From Minwuia thermotolerans (lineage in GTDB: Bacteria > Pseudomonadota > Alphaproteobacteria > Minwuiales > Minwuiaceae), in assembly GCA_021604565.1 (NCBI GenBank), contig BQJF01000012.1, forward strand, positions 6,429 to 70,428: 64,000 bases of DNA. The letters are read 5' to 3'. The translations under genes and the position numbers were made by a program. Each line of letters opens with the position of its first letter. Position 1 is the stretch's first letter. This document shows positions 20,138 to 30,305 of this stretch, piece after piece. The notes under the pieces are model-generated. The model saw nothing but the letters and a program-made list of their open reading frames with translations, was not told the origin of the DNA and did no database searches.

Positions 20138-21282
20138 CCCAGGTTACCCGGCAGCACGTCGCATGCACTCGCTGCATCATGACTCTGGCAGATTCCGCGC
20201 TGCTGGAATTCGATGATCAGGGCGTCTGCAACCTCTGCCGTACCTTTGATACTGCCTTCGCCGCCATGCCAAGGACGTGGACCGATGCCGAACCGGAGCT
20301 CAACCGGACCGTCGAACGGCTGAAAGCGGCCGGAAAGGGCAAACCCTACGATTGTCTGATCGGTCTGTCCGGTGGGGTGGACAGCAGCTACATCGCATAC
20401 CTGATGAAACGGTACGACCTGCGCCCCCTGGCAGTGCATTTCGACAATGGCTGGAACACGGAACTGGCCGTCGAGAACATTGACCGCATCGTCACCAGGC
20501 TGGACATCGATCTGGTGACATATGTCATCGACTGGGACGACTTCAGGGAACTGCAACTCGCGTATCTGAGGGCCGGCGTCATCGATATCGAGGTACTGAC
20601 TGACCACGCGATCTTCGGGGCGCTCTACGACATCGCAATGCGCAACCGCATCAAGCACATCATCAGCGGGGTCAATGTCGCCACCGAGCACTTCATGCCG
20701 GATGGCTGGAATTACGAGAAGTATGATGCCTACAACATCATGGACATCTATCGAAAGCATGGTGGCACGAGGAAGCTGAGCAACTATCCCCTGATGGATC
20801 GGCGGAAGTGGCGGAAGTTGATGCGATCCGGCATCGAGCAGATCCAGATCCTGAACATGATCCCCTACAATGCAGCCGAAGCCCGCGAGACCATCGAGAG
20901 GGAACTTGGCTGGCGCCCCTATACCGGCAAGCACCACGAATCGATATTCACTCGTTTCTACCAGGGTTATCTGCTCCCCAGAAAATTTGGTGTCGACAAG
21001 CGCAAGGCGCATTTGTCCAATCTGGTGTGCAGTGGCCAGATGACCCGTGACGAGGCCTTGCGTGAATTCCAGCAGGAAATCTATTCACCTTCCGAACAAC
21101 GCGAAGATCTGGAATTCGTCTGCAAGAAACTTCAGGTTTCGGCTGAAGAATTCGAAGGGTTCATGCGCGCACCGCCGCGGCGCCATCTGGACTTCGAGAA
21201 CCACAGGTGGTTCTTTGCGCGATATCCGATATTCAAGCCGCTGCTGCCGCTTTGGCGCCTGTACAAGCGCCGCACGGCCTGA
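20134..21282 (+). CDS. N-acetyl-sugar amidotransferase (WbpG/AglX-like), copy 1
   Basis: N-terminal CxxC...CxxC, PP-loop YDCLIGLSGGVDSS, AVHFDNGWN, KHHESIFTRFYQ, DKRKAHLS. Confidence 0.88.
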   Translation: MTQVTRQHVACTRCIMTLADSALLEFDDQGVCNLCRTFDTAFAAMPRTWTDAEPELNRTVERLKAAGKGKPYDCLIGLSGGVDSSYIAYLMKRYDLRPLAVHFDNGWNTELAVENIDRIVTRLDIDLVTYVIDWDDFRELQLAYLRAGVIDIEVLTDHAIFGALYDIAMRNRIKHIISGVNVATEHFMPDGWNYEKYDAYNIMDIYRKHGGTRKLSNYPLMDRRKWRKLMRSGIEQIQILNMIPYNAAEARETIERELGWRPYTGKHHESIFTRFYQGYLLPRKFGVDKRKAHLSNLVCSGQMTRDEALREFQQEIYSPSEQREDLEFVCKKLQVSAEEFEGFMRAPPRRHLDFENHRWFFARYPIFKPLLPLWRLYKRRTA

Positions 21283-21285
21283 GCC

Positions 21286-22320
21286 ATGCCACCCGTCGTC
21301 TCCATCCTGACCCCCAGTTTCAACCGCGAGGACCTTGTCGCGGAAACGCTGGACTCCGTCCTGGCCCAGACATGGCCCCACTGGGAAATGCTGGTCGTCG
21401 ATGATGGCTCGACGGACAGGACCAAGGATATCGTGGCGGAATATGCCGCGCGCGACAGCAGGATCCGGCTGTTCGATCGCAGCTGGCAGCCCAAGGGGGC
21501 ATGCACCTGCCGCAACGAGGGCGTATCCATGTCCTCAGGCGACTATGTGATGTTTCTGGACACCGACGACATCATCGAGCCCTTCTGCCTGGAGAACCGG
21601 GTGAAGGCCATGGAAGCCGAGCCCGACCTGGATTTCGCGATCTTCCCCGGCCTGATGTTCGAACACAGACCGCATGACCTCGGCCTCTGGTGGAACACCG
21701 ACAAGCCGGAGGATGAACTGACCCGGCAGTTCCGGGGCGACGCCATCGCACAGGGGACGGGGGTTCTCTGGAACAGGGAATCCTTCGTGCGGATCGGCAT
21801 GTGGGACCTGGAACTGATGCTCTGGCAGGACATCGAACTGTTCTTCCGCGCCTATATCCAGGGCTATCGCTACCGCAAGTTCTTCGACCTGCCGCCTGAC
21901 CTGCACAACCGCGTCAATCCGACGAGCCTCAGCCGCGGCAACTTCTTCAGTCAGGAAAAGCAGTTGAGCCGGGTCAGGGTGGCGAAGCAGGCGGCGTCAA
22001 TGCTGCGGCAGAATGGTCAGCACCACCGACTGCACGAACTCCGCTACATGGTGGCGGAGATCGTGGCCGGTGCCGCCCGTTCCGGGCAACCGCGCCTCGC
22101 GATCTCGTTCCTGCTCTGGGCTTTCCGGGAGGGTGCGGTCAGCACCATGGAGGCATTGCGCATAGCTGGCGTCATTGGCCTCTACGGCGGACGCCTGACC
22201 CGGTTCACGCTTTTTCGCCGCTGGGCCGAAGCGCTGCAGAGTCCCTTCGTCGGCAAGGGAACAATCGGCCAGATCCCGACCACTACTCCAGTCACGACAA
22301 TGGCAGGCACATCCTCATGA
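21286..22320 (+). CDS. Glycosyltransferase family 2
   Basis: VSILTPSFNR, VVDDGSTD, RNEG, FLDTDD. Confidence 0.9.
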   Translation: MPPVVSILTPSFNREDLVAETLDSVLAQTWPHWEMLVVDDGSTDRTKDIVAEYAARDSRIRLFDRSWQPKGACTCRNEGVSMSSGDYVMFLDTDDIIEPFCLENRVKAMEAEPDLDFAIFPGLMFEHRPHDLGLWWNTDKPEDELTRQFRGDAIAQGTGVLWNRESFVRIGMWDLELMLWQDIELFFRAYIQGYRYRKFFDLPPDLHNRVNPTSLSRGNFFSQEKQLSRVRVAKQAASMLRQNGQHHRLHELRYMVAEIVAGAARSGQPRLAISFLLWAFREGAVSTMEALRIAGVIGLYGGRLTRFTLFRRWAEALQSPFVGKGTIGQIPTTTPVTTMAGTSS

Positions 22321-23087
22321 CCAGATCCCTCGCTGCAATCATTCCGGCCGCGGGGCGTGGTTCACGGCTGAAGCCGTTTCCCTGCCCGAAGGAACTTTTC
22401 CCGGTCGGCTATCAGGACGTGAGGATCGACGGCGCGCTGGAGAAACGACCGAAGGTGGTCAGCCAGTACCTGCTGGAACACATGGTCTCGGCTGGCGCGG
22501 AGCAGGTGTTCATCGTCCTGGGCGAAGGCAAGTCGGACATCATGCAGTATTACGGCAACGGCACCCGCTTCGGGGCCCATGTCAGCTACCTTTTTCAGGA
22601 AGAACTGCATGGCATGCCCTATGCCATCGACCTGGCCCGTCCCTGGCTGGATGACCACACGGTGCTGTTCGGCATGCCGGACACGATCATTGAACCCGCC
22701 GACTGTTTCAGCCAGTTGCTGGCGTTTCATGATCGCCACGGGGCCGATCTGACACTGGCCCTGTTCCCCACCGACAATCCCAGCAAGTTCGGCATGGTCG
22801 ACATGGATGAGAACAACGACGTCATCTGGACCTACGACAAGCCGGAGACATCGGACCTGCCCTGCACCTGGGGTGCCTGCTGCTGGTCGCCCGCATTCAC
22901 CGCATTGATCGGCGAGTATCTCGGCAACCTGAAACCCGGCAGCCGCGAGGTGGTCCTTGGGGACGTCTTCAATCATGCGATCGAACGGAAGATGCGGGTC
23001 AAGGCCACATCGTTCGAAGGGGCGAAATACATCGACATCGGCACCACAGCCGAACTCAACCTGGCCCTGCAGCAGTTCAACCTGTGA
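22317..23087 (+). CDS. Sugar-phosphate nucleotidyltransferase (RmlA-like)
   Basis: IIPAAGRGSRL...PKELFPV, GMPDT, FGMV, YIDIGT. Confidence 0.85.
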   Translation: MTRSLAAIIPAAGRGSRLKPFPCPKELFPVGYQDVRIDGALEKRPKVVSQYLLEHMVSAGAEQVFIVLGEGKSDIMQYYGNGTRFGAHVSYLFQEELHGMPYAIDLARPWLDDHTVLFGMPDTIIEPADCFSQLLAFHDRHGADLTLALFPTDNPSKFGMVDMDENNDVIWTYDKPETSDLPCTWGACCWSPAFTALIGEYLGNLKPGSREVVLGDVFNHAIERKMRVKATSFEGAKYIDIGTTAELNLALQQFNL

Positions 23088-24067
23088 GCGGCATGACCGA
23101 CCAGCCCACGATATCCGTCGTCATCCCCGTGAAGAACGAGGCGGCCGGAATTGCGGCGTGCCTCGACGGTATCCTGAGCCAGACTGTTCCGGTCCAGGAG
23201 ATTCTGGTGATCGACTCCGGTTCCACCGACGGAACGCAGGAGATCGTGCGGGGCTATGACCTGGCCCGTTTGCTGGAGATCGAGCCGACCGAATTCAATC
23301 ACGGCGACACCCGCAATCTGGGAGTCCAGGAGACCAGTGGCGAACTCATCCTCTTCACGGTTGGTGATGCACGCCCCGTGGATGACCGCTGGATCGAGCG
23401 GTTGCAGTCCGGTTTCCTCTCTGACGATGTGGCGGCGGTAGGCGGTATCCAGATCGTCGCCCACGACCCCCGCAACAATCCGCTGGAATGGTATCGGCCC
23501 GTGTCGGAACCGGTGCGGTCCGTCCACAGGTTCGGCAGTGCTGCCGAGTTTGATGCGGCGGACAGCGCCACGAAGCAGTCCGCCTGTGTCATCGACGATG
23601 TGACATCAATGTATCGACGCGCATTTCTTGAGGCGATCCCCTTCCGACGGGCGGTCTATGGAGAGGACATGCTGATCTGCGTCGATGCCCTGCGCGCGGG
23701 TCATGCGCTGGTCCGGGATCCTGCGGCCTGTGTCTTTCACTACCATCTGCAGAATTACAGGACGACGCTGCAACGGACAGTCGCCGTCAGTCTCATGCGC
23801 CATGACCTCTTCGGCACCACCTCCGGGACACCGGTATCGCAACCCGTCCGGGAGGCCGTGCGACTGATGCGGGAACCGTCACTCACCCTGCGCCAGAAGG
23901 TGCAGTGGTGGCGCAACCAGCGCCAGTGTTTCCGGGGCATGATGGATGGCATCGCATTGTTCGAGAAGGCGAGGTCGGAGGGCGCATCGGCTCTGGCTGC
24001 CCTGCACGAGGAATACCTTGGATCGCCCCCGATCCCGGTCAAGCGCGGGCAGGTGAACACCGCATGA
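23084..24067 (+). CDS. Glycosyltransferase family 2
   Basis: ISVVIPVKNE, IDSGSTDGT, FNHGDTRNLG, YGEDM. Confidence 0.88.
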   Translation: MSGMTDQPTISVVIPVKNEAAGIAACLDGILSQTVPVQEILVIDSGSTDGTQEIVRGYDLARLLEIEPTEFNHGDTRNLGVQETSGELILFTVGDARPVDDRWIERLQSGFLSDDVAAVGGIQIVAHDPRNNPLEWYRPVSEPVRSVHRFGSAAEFDAADSATKQSACVIDDVTSMYRRAFLEAIPFRRAVYGEDMLICVDALRAGHALVRDPAACVFHYHLQNYRTTLQRTVAVSLMRHDLFGTTSGTPVSQPVREAVRLMREPSLTLRQKVQWWRNQRQCFRGMMDGIALFEKARSEGASALAALHEEYLGSPPIPVKRGQVNTA

Positions 24068-24705
24068 CCGCAGGCCAGATCACCATCGTCGACTATGGCT
24101 GCGGAAACCCCGCCTCTATCCGCAACATGCTGAAGAAGCTGGGTATCAAGGCCACGATCACGTCGGAGGCGGAGGATATCCTCACCTCCGGCCGGATCAT
24201 CTTCCCCGGCGTCGGGGCCTTCGACTACGGAGCCGAAAGCATTCAGGAAAAGGGCATCGCGGAGGCCCTGGAACAGCGGGTGATCCGCGACGGCGTTCCG
24301 ATCCTGGGGATCTGTGTCGGCATGCAACTGTTTGCCCGCCGCAGTGACGAGGGCGAACTGCCCGGACTCGGCTGGATCGATGGCGATGTGCTGGCGTTCG
24401 ACCGCACCCGTCTTGGTCCGACCGACCGGGTGCCGCACATGGGCTGGGCCAGCCTGGACGTGAAGCAGCCGGAAACCGCGTTGCACGGCTTCCACGAGGA
24501 TCCGCGCTTCTATTTCGTGCATTCCTACCACATGGCCTGCGATCACCCGGCGGACGTCGCTGCGACGGCCCATCATGGGTACGACTTCTGCGCCGCAGTG
24601 GCGCACGGCAATCTGATCGGTGTTCAGTTTCATCCGGAGAAGAGTCATCGCTTCGGCATGACCCTGCTGCGCAACTTTGCCGAAGGAAAGACAGGCGCCG
24701 AATGA
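24064..24705 (+). CDS. hisH: Glycan-locus glutamine amidotransferase subunit (HisH2/AglY-like)
   Basis: IVDYGCGN, FPGVGAF, LGICVGMQL, VPHMGW, FYFVHSY, QFHPEKS; start ATG 24064 overlaps the previous stop. Confidence 0.92.
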   Translation: MTAGQITIVDYGCGNPASIRNMLKKLGIKATITSEAEDILTSGRIIFPGVGAFDYGAESIQEKGIAEALEQRVIRDGVPILGICVGMQLFARRSDEGELPGLGWIDGDVLAFDRTRLGPTDRVPHMGWASLDVKQPETALHGFHEDPRFYFVHSYHMACDHPADVAATAHHGYDFCAAVAHGNLIGVQFHPEKSHRFGMTLLRNFAEGKTGAE

Positions 24706-25493
24706 AACGTGTCCGCGTCATACCCACCCTGCTGATCGAGCAGGGACGTCTGGTGAAGACGATCAAGTTCGGCAAGCGGACCTATGTCGGTGATCCGGTG
24801 AACACGGTTCGCATCTTCAGCGACAAGGAAGTCGACGAACTGATGCTGCTGGACATCGGCGTGGCGAAGGCGGGCAAGGAGCCCGACTTCGACCTGCTGC
24901 GTGAAATCGCCAGCGAGTGTTTCATCCCCTTCGGCTACGGCGGCGGCATCCGCACACTGGAGCAGGCGCGCCGCGCCTTCGATGCCGGGGTCGAGAAGGT
25001 GGTGCTGAACACGGCTCTGCACCGCGCGCCGACACTGGCGGGCAAGATCGCGCGCATGTACGGCAATCAGGCAGTGGTGGCCAGCATCGACGTGAAGAAG
25101 GGCCTGCTGGGCGGCCAGAAGGTGATGACCGAATGCGGCTCCAGACGCGTTTCAGGGGACGTCACGGAGGTCGCGCGCAATGCGGTCGATGCCGGTGCGG
25201 GCGAGATCCTGCTGACGGCCATGGATCGCGACGGAACCTTCGACGGCTATGACATGGAACTGATCAGGCGGGTCACCGCCGCAGTCGATGTGCCGGTCAT
25301 CGCCAGTGGCGGTGCGCGCGGAATTCCCGATTTCCTCGCCGCGATCAAGGAAGGTGGCGCTTCCGCGGTCGCTGCGGGTGCCCATTTTGTCTTCAAGGGT
25401 CCGCACCGGGCCGTTCTGGTCAACTATCCCAGCCAGGCCGTCCTGCGCGAAGGGCTGTTCAATCACCTTGGTCCCGAAGACGTCCTTGTCTGA
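24702..25493 (+). CDS. hisF: Glycan-locus cyclase-like subunit (HisF2/AglZ-like)
   Basis: RVIPTLL, YVGDPVN, DELMLLDI, YGGGIR, GAGEILLTAMDRDGT, IASGG. Confidence 0.9.
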   Translation: MKRVRVIPTLLIEQGRLVKTIKFGKRTYVGDPVNTVRIFSDKEVDELMLLDIGVAKAGKEPDFDLLREIASECFIPFGYGGGIRTLEQARRAFDAGVEKVVLNTALHRAPTLAGKIARMYGNQAVVASIDVKKGLLGGQKVMTECGSRRVSGDVTEVARNAVDAGAGEILLTAMDRDGTFDGYDMELIRRVTAAVDVPVIASGGARGIPDFLAAIKEGGASAVAAGAHFVFKGPHRAVLVNYPSQAVLREGLFNHLGPEDVLV

Positions 25494-25531
25494 CCCCTTT
25501 TCATCCTTGAAACACTAGTCTGAAAGAGAAC

Positions 25532-26563
25532 ATGCAGCAGGTATCCCCCAACAGCACAGGCTTCGCCATTGTCGGTTGCGGCCGGATCGGTCAGCGCCAC
25601 GCCGGCCACGCCCCCAAGTTCGGACGCCTGACCGCGGTCTGCGATATCGTGCCGGAAAAGGCACAGCAAGTTGCGGCGGAACAGGGTGCTGAAGCCTTCA
25701 CCGATCTGGACCAGATGCTGAAGGACATGCGCGGCAAGGCCGATGTGGTGGCGATCTGCACCCCGAACGGCCTGCATGCGGAGCACACGATCAAGGCATT
25801 CCAGGCCGGGTACCATGTACTCTGCGAGAAGCCGATGGCCCTGACCGTTCACGAGTGCGGGGAGATGATCAAGGCGGGCGAGAAAGCCAATCGTCGCCTC
25901 TTCGTGGTCAAGCAGAACCGCTACAACCCGCCGGTGGAGCACCTGAAGAAACTGCTGGACCAGGGCGCGCTCGGGCGGATCTACAGCGTGCATCTCAACT
26001 GCTTCTGGAACCGCAATGACGCCTATTACGCCGACAGCTGGAAAGGCAGCCTGGCGATGGATGGCGGCACGCTCTACACCCAGTTCAGCCACTTTATCGA
26101 CCTGCTCTACTGGCTGGCCGGCGACGTTCAGGACGTGGCCAGCTTCATGGACAACTACTGCCATGCGGACTCGGTGGAATTCGAGGACGCCGGGGTCGCG
26201 ATCCTGCGCTTCTATAGCGGTGCCATCGGCAGCGTCAGCTTCACCATCAACAGCTTCGGGCGGAACATGGAGGGGTCGCTGACCCTGTTCTGCGAGAAGG
26301 GCACGATCAAGATCGGCGGCCAGTACCTGAACGAGATCGAGTACGAGAACATCGCCGGCATGGACCCGGCAGAGCTGAAACAGGGTCGGCCGCCGAACGA
26401 ATACGGGGCCTACCAGGGCTCCATGTCGAACCACGAGGATGTCTACGAGAACATCCAGCAGGTCCTGACTGCCGAAGGTTCCATCGGCACCATCGGTTTC
26501 GAGGGACTGAAGACCGTCGAGATCATCGACAAGATCTACAGGGCCGCGAAGATTGCCCCCTGA
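25532..26563 (+). CDS. Gfo/Idh/MocA oxidoreductase (WbpB/WlbA-like 3-dehydrogenase)
   Basis: AIVGCGRIG, ICTPNGLH, VLCEKPM, VKQNRYNP, GGTLYTQFSHFIDL. Confidence 0.85.
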   Translation: MQQVSPNSTGFAIVGCGRIGQRHAGHAPKFGRLTAVCDIVPEKAQQVAAEQGAEAFTDLDQMLKDMRGKADVVAICTPNGLHAEHTIKAFQAGYHVLCEKPMALTVHECGEMIKAGEKANRRLFVVKQNRYNPPVEHLKKLLDQGALGRIYSVHLNCFWNRNDAYYADSWKGSLAMDGGTLYTQFSHFIDLLYWLAGDVQDVASFMDNYCHADSVEFEDAGVAILRFYSGAIGSVSFTINSFGRNMEGSLTLFCEKGTIKIGGQYLNEIEYENIAGMDPAELKQGRPPNEYGAYQGSMSNHEDVYENIQQVLTAEGSIGTIGFEGLKTVEIIDKIYRAAKIAP

Positions 26564-27011
26564 CCTGAAGAGCGCCGGCATTCGCGACGTGACCTGCGGC
26601 GCGGACGTGACGATCGTCGAACCGTCGAACGTCTATCGCTGCACGCTGGGTGACGATTGCTTCGTCGGTCCGTTCGTCGAGATCCAGGCCGGGGTGGTGA
26701 TCGGCGCGCGGACGCGGGTGCAGTCGCACGCCTTCATCTGCGAACTGGTGACCATCGGGGAAGATTGCTTCATTTCCCACGGCGCGATGTTCATCAACGA
26801 CAGCTTCTCCGGCGGCGGCCCAGCACGTGGCGACCGGACCCGCTGGGGCCATACCCGCATCGGCAACAATGTCTCCATCGGCACCAATGCCACGATCATG
26901 CCCGTCAGCATCTGCGACGACGTCGTGGTCGGGGCCGGGGCCGTGGTGACGAAGGATATCACCGAACCCGGCTTCTATGTCGGAAACCCCGCAAGACGCA
27001 TGGAGCACTGA
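26553..27011 (+). CDS. Hexapeptide-repeat N-acetyltransferase (WbpD/WlbB-like)
   Basis: IGARTRVQSHAFICE, FISHGAMFIND, IGTNATI, VGAGAVVTKD, GNPAR. Confidence 0.85.
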   Translation: MPPDLKSAGIRDVTCGADVTIVEPSNVYRCTLGDDCFVGPFVEIQAGVVIGARTRVQSHAFICELVTIGEDCFISHGAMFINDSFSGGGPARGDRTRWGHTRIGNNVSIGTNATIMPVSICDDVVVGAGAVVTKDITEPGFYVGNPARRMEH

Positions 27012-27014
27012 CTG

Positions 27015-28124
27015 ATGCAGTTCGTGGACCTGAAGGCGCTGCACGACACGCTGCAGCCTGCACTGAACGAGACCATCGCGCGGGTGATCGACACCTCCGC
27101 CTTCATCCGCGGTAGGGATGTCGATGATTTCGAGCAGAACTTCGCGGCGCTGACCGGCGCGCGGCACTGTGTTTCCTGCGCCAACGGCACCGACGCGCTC
27201 TACATCGCGCTTCGGGCACTGGGGGCCGGGCCGGGCGACGAAGTCATTACCACCGCCCACAGCTGGATCGCCACCAGCGAGACCATCACCCAGACCGGCG
27301 CCAAGGTCGTGTTCGGCGATACGGAGGATGCCTTTTTCTGCCTCGACCCGGCAGAGGTGGAGGCGAAGATCACCCCGCGCACGAAGGGCGTGGTCGCGGT
27401 GCATCTCTATGGTCAGCCTGCGGCGATTGCCGAGATCAGGTCGATCTGCGACCGCCACGGGCTCTGGCTGATCGAGGACAGTGCCCAGGCACATCTGGCC
27501 GAAGCGGACGGGCAGCAGGTGGGCCGTTTCGGTGACGTTGCCACCTTCTCCTTCTATCCGGGCAAGAATCTGGGGGCGATGGGTGATGCCGGGTGCCTGA
27601 TCACGGACCGTGACGACATCGCGGAATTCGCCACCCTGTTCGCCCGCCATGGTGGCAAGAACAACCACGTCATGGAAGGAATCTGCAGCCGCATGGACGG
27701 GCTGCAGGCGGCTGTCCTGAACGTGAAGATGCCGCATCTGCCGGGCTGGAACGACGCCCGTCGCAAGGTTGCCACCCGCTACGATGCCCTGCTCGACGGA
27801 GTCGGTGACCTGATCCTGCCCGCGCAGCGTCCCGATGTGCGCCACGTCTATCACCTGTATGTGGTCCGCACCGGCGACCGCGACGGGCTGCAGAAGCATC
27901 TCGCGGCGGCGGGCGTGCCGACCGTCATCAACTACCCCCGCGCCCTGCCCTTCTATTCGGCCTATGACCATCTGGGCCATGTGCCGTCGGACTTCCCCGT
28001 GGCGCATGCCCACGCGTCGGAAATCCTGTCCCTGCCGATCCATCCACTGCTGACCGAGGCGGATCAGGATCAGGTGGTGGAAGCCGTCAGGAACTACTTC
28101 GCCAAGACAGGCGAGCGGGGCTGA
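27015..28124 (+). CDS. DegT/DnrJ/EryC1/StrS aminotransferase (WbpE/WlbC-like)
   Basis: ANGTDAL, VHLYGQ, IEDSAQAH, FSFYPGKNLGAMGDAG, SRMDGLQAA, HVYHLYV. Confidence 0.92.
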   Translation: MQFVDLKALHDTLQPALNETIARVIDTSAFIRGRDVDDFEQNFAALTGARHCVSCANGTDALYIALRALGAGPGDEVITTAHSWIATSETITQTGAKVVFGDTEDAFFCLDPAEVEAKITPRTKGVVAVHLYGQPAAIAEIRSICDRHGLWLIEDSAQAHLAEADGQQVGRFGDVATFSFYPGKNLGAMGDAGCLITDRDDIAEFATLFARHGGKNNHVMEGICSRMDGLQAAVLNVKMPHLPGWNDARRKVATRYDALLDGVGDLILPAQRPDVRHVYHLYVVRTGDRDGLQKHLAAAGVPTVINYPRALPFYSAYDHLGHVPSDFPVAHAHASEILSLPIHPLLTEADQDQVVEAVRNYFAKTGERG

Positions 28125-29014
28125 TGAGTCAGGGGAACGGCATGACGACATCTGCGCCAACGGTCAGTGTGCTGATGACCGCCTACAATCGCGCCGACTT
28201 CATCGCCGATGCGATGGGCAGCGTGCTGGCGTCCGACTTTGGCGACTTCGAGCTGATCGTGGTCGATGACGGGTCGAGTGACCGGACGGTCGAGATCGCA
28301 CGGGAGCTGGAAACTACCGACAGCCGGGTGCGTGTCTGTCAGAACGAGAAGAACCTTGGCGACTACCCGAACCGCAAGCACGCGGCCAGCCTCGCAAGAG
28401 GAAAGTACCTGAAGTACGTCGATTCCGACGACATGATCTATCCTTGGGGTCTGGGTGTCTTCGTACGCTGCATGGAGCAGTTCCCGGAAGCCGGTTTCGG
28501 GCTGTCAGCCCATTCCGCGCCTGATCGTCCACACCCGATGATCTTCTCCCCCGCTGAAGCCTACAGGGAAGAATTCCACGGGCGCGAACTGTTCGGACGT
28601 GCGCCCGGCTCCGGCATCGTCCGCCGCGACGCCTACGAGGCGGTCGGCGGTTTCAGCGGCATGCGCCAGCTGGGCGACATGGAATTCTGGCTCAAGATCG
28701 GAGCGCGATATCCGGTTGTCACCCTGCCACCCGCCCTGGTCTGGGACAGGGTGCATGGCGGTCAGGAGAAGAACGCCGATTCCGACACGGAGAAGACCGC
28801 GATGCGAGCGGGCGTCGTGATCGCCGCGCTCGAATCGCCGGATTGCCCGTTGGATGGCCCACAAAGGCAGGCTGCTCTGGTCTCCTGGCGTCAAAAGCAC
28901 ATGCGCCAGTTCTGGCGTCATCTGTTGCGCAATCGCCGTCCTGCTGAAGCCCTGAGATATTACCAGGCAATCAACGCTTCACTGAAAGGGGCGGGGCGTG
29001 CCGACGGTGTCTGA
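28124..29014 (+). CDS. Glycosyltransferase family 2
   Basis: VSVLMTAYNR, VVDDGSSD, KYVDSDD. Confidence 0.9.
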   Translation: MSQGNGMTTSAPTVSVLMTAYNRADFIADAMGSVLASDFGDFELIVVDDGSSDRTVEIARELETTDSRVRVCQNEKNLGDYPNRKHAASLARGKYLKYVDSDDMIYPWGLGVFVRCMEQFPEAGFGLSAHSAPDRPHPMIFSPAEAYREEFHGRELFGRAPGSGIVRRDAYEAVGGFSGMRQLGDMEFWLKIGARYPVVTLPPALVWDRVHGGQEKNADSDTEKTAMRAGVVIAALESPDCPLDGPQRQAALVSWRQKHMRQFWRHLLRNRRPAEALRYYQAINASLKGAGRADGV

Positions 29015-29134
29015 CTGGCAGCAATCTTCGCGTTCGTCTGCAGCGAACCGCAACACATCAGCCTGTGCAGGGCATGCCCTTCCGGCAGACATTCGACCGG
29101 ATGCAGATCTGTGCACAGTGCCTGAAGGTCGGCC

Positions 29135-30295
29135 ATGAACCTGTCCCGAAAGCCGATTCTGATGTTCGCCGGAACTCGGCCCGAGATCATCAAGCTGGCA
29201 CCGATCTATCAGCGGATGCGCGAAAGCCCGTCGCTGGTGCCGACATTTGTTCATACAGGCCAACAGCAGGAGATCGCCGAGGATGCGTTCAGGGATTTCG
29301 GGATTGTCCCGGAAATCCGTCTTTCCCTGCCCGAACGAAAGAACGAGGTCGCACAGATGCTTGCGGCACTGTTGCGAAGCATTGGCGCGTCCATGGAACA
29401 GCAGCAGCCCGCGGGCGCACTTGTACAGGGGGACACGACAACCACCCTTGCCGGAGCCATGTCCTGCTTCTACGCCGGGATGCCCTTTGGTCATGTGGAG
29501 GCTGGCCTGCGTACAGGAAACCTGCGCTCGCCATTTCCGGAGGAGGCCCACCGGCGGATGGTGGCACAGATTGCCGACTGGCATTTCGCCCCGACAGAGG
29601 CGAACAGGTCCAGTCTCATGAACGAGCACATCAAGGCGAAGGGCATCCATGTTACCGGGAACACGGTAATCGATGCGGCCGAGCACATTGCTCAACGGCT
29701 TCCCGCAACCATCTCGATAAGCAGCCTGCTCCCTGGTGATGGGCAGACAGGGAACTCCGCAACCCTGACCTGCGACGAACGGCTTGTTCTGGTCACCGCA
29801 CACAGGCGCGAGTCCTTCGACATGGGTATCGCATCGATCTGCCAGGCCGTGGCCCGGATAGCCGAGGATCTGACCGACCACCGGGTTGTCTTTCCCGTTC
29901 ACCCGAATCCCGCCGTCAGGAGCACTGTGGTTCAGATCCTGTCAGGAGCGAGCAATGTCCTGCTTGTCGATCCGGTCGGCTACAGGGACATGATCTGGCT
30001 GGTGAAGAACGCCAGGGCGATCATCACCGACTCAGGCGGCATTCAGGAAGAGGCGCCGACCTTCGGAACGCCGACGCTGGTCACACGGGATCTCACGGAA
30101 CGCATGGAAGCCGTAGAGGCCGGAGTGATCGATCTGGTTGGTACAGACGCGAACCGCATCCACGCGAAGGCCATCGAGTTTGCGACCGGCTCCGAGGCCA
30201 TCCGGCAAAGAAATCTGGCGACAGGAAACCCGTACGGCGACGGACATGCCGCTGACAGAATTGTCACGATTCTGGAATCGGAACTTTCTGCATGA
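29135..30295 (+). CDS. wecB: UDP-N-acetylglucosamine 2-epimerase (non-hydrolysing; WecB/WbpI family)
   Basis: GTRPEIIKLAP, VQGDTTT, HVEAGLR, PEEAHR, TAHRRES, TDSGGIQEEAP, NPYGDG. Confidence 0.93.
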   Translation: MNLSRKPILMFAGTRPEIIKLAPIYQRMRESPSLVPTFVHTGQQQEIAEDAFRDFGIVPEIRLSLPERKNEVAQMLAALLRSIGASMEQQQPAGALVQGDTTTTLAGAMSCFYAGMPFGHVEAGLRTGNLRSPFPEEAHRRMVAQIADWHFAPTEANRSSLMNEHIKAKGIHVTGNTVIDAAEHIAQRLPATISISSLLPGDGQTGNSATLTCDERLVLVTAHRRESFDMGIASICQAVARIAEDLTDHRVVFPVHPNPAVRSTVVQILSGASNVLLVDPVGYRDMIWLVKNARAIITDSGGIQEEAPTFGTPTLVTRDLTERMEAVEAGVIDLVGTDANRIHAKAIEFATGSEAIRQRNLATGNPYGDGHAADRIVTILESELSA

Positions 30296-30305
30296 TCGAG
30301 CTTCG

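Noticed and set aside
24064-25493. hisH/hisF as histidine biosynthesis genes
   Set aside because: No other his genes nearby; position among glycan genes with WbpG-like enzymes points to the glycan-modifying paralogues
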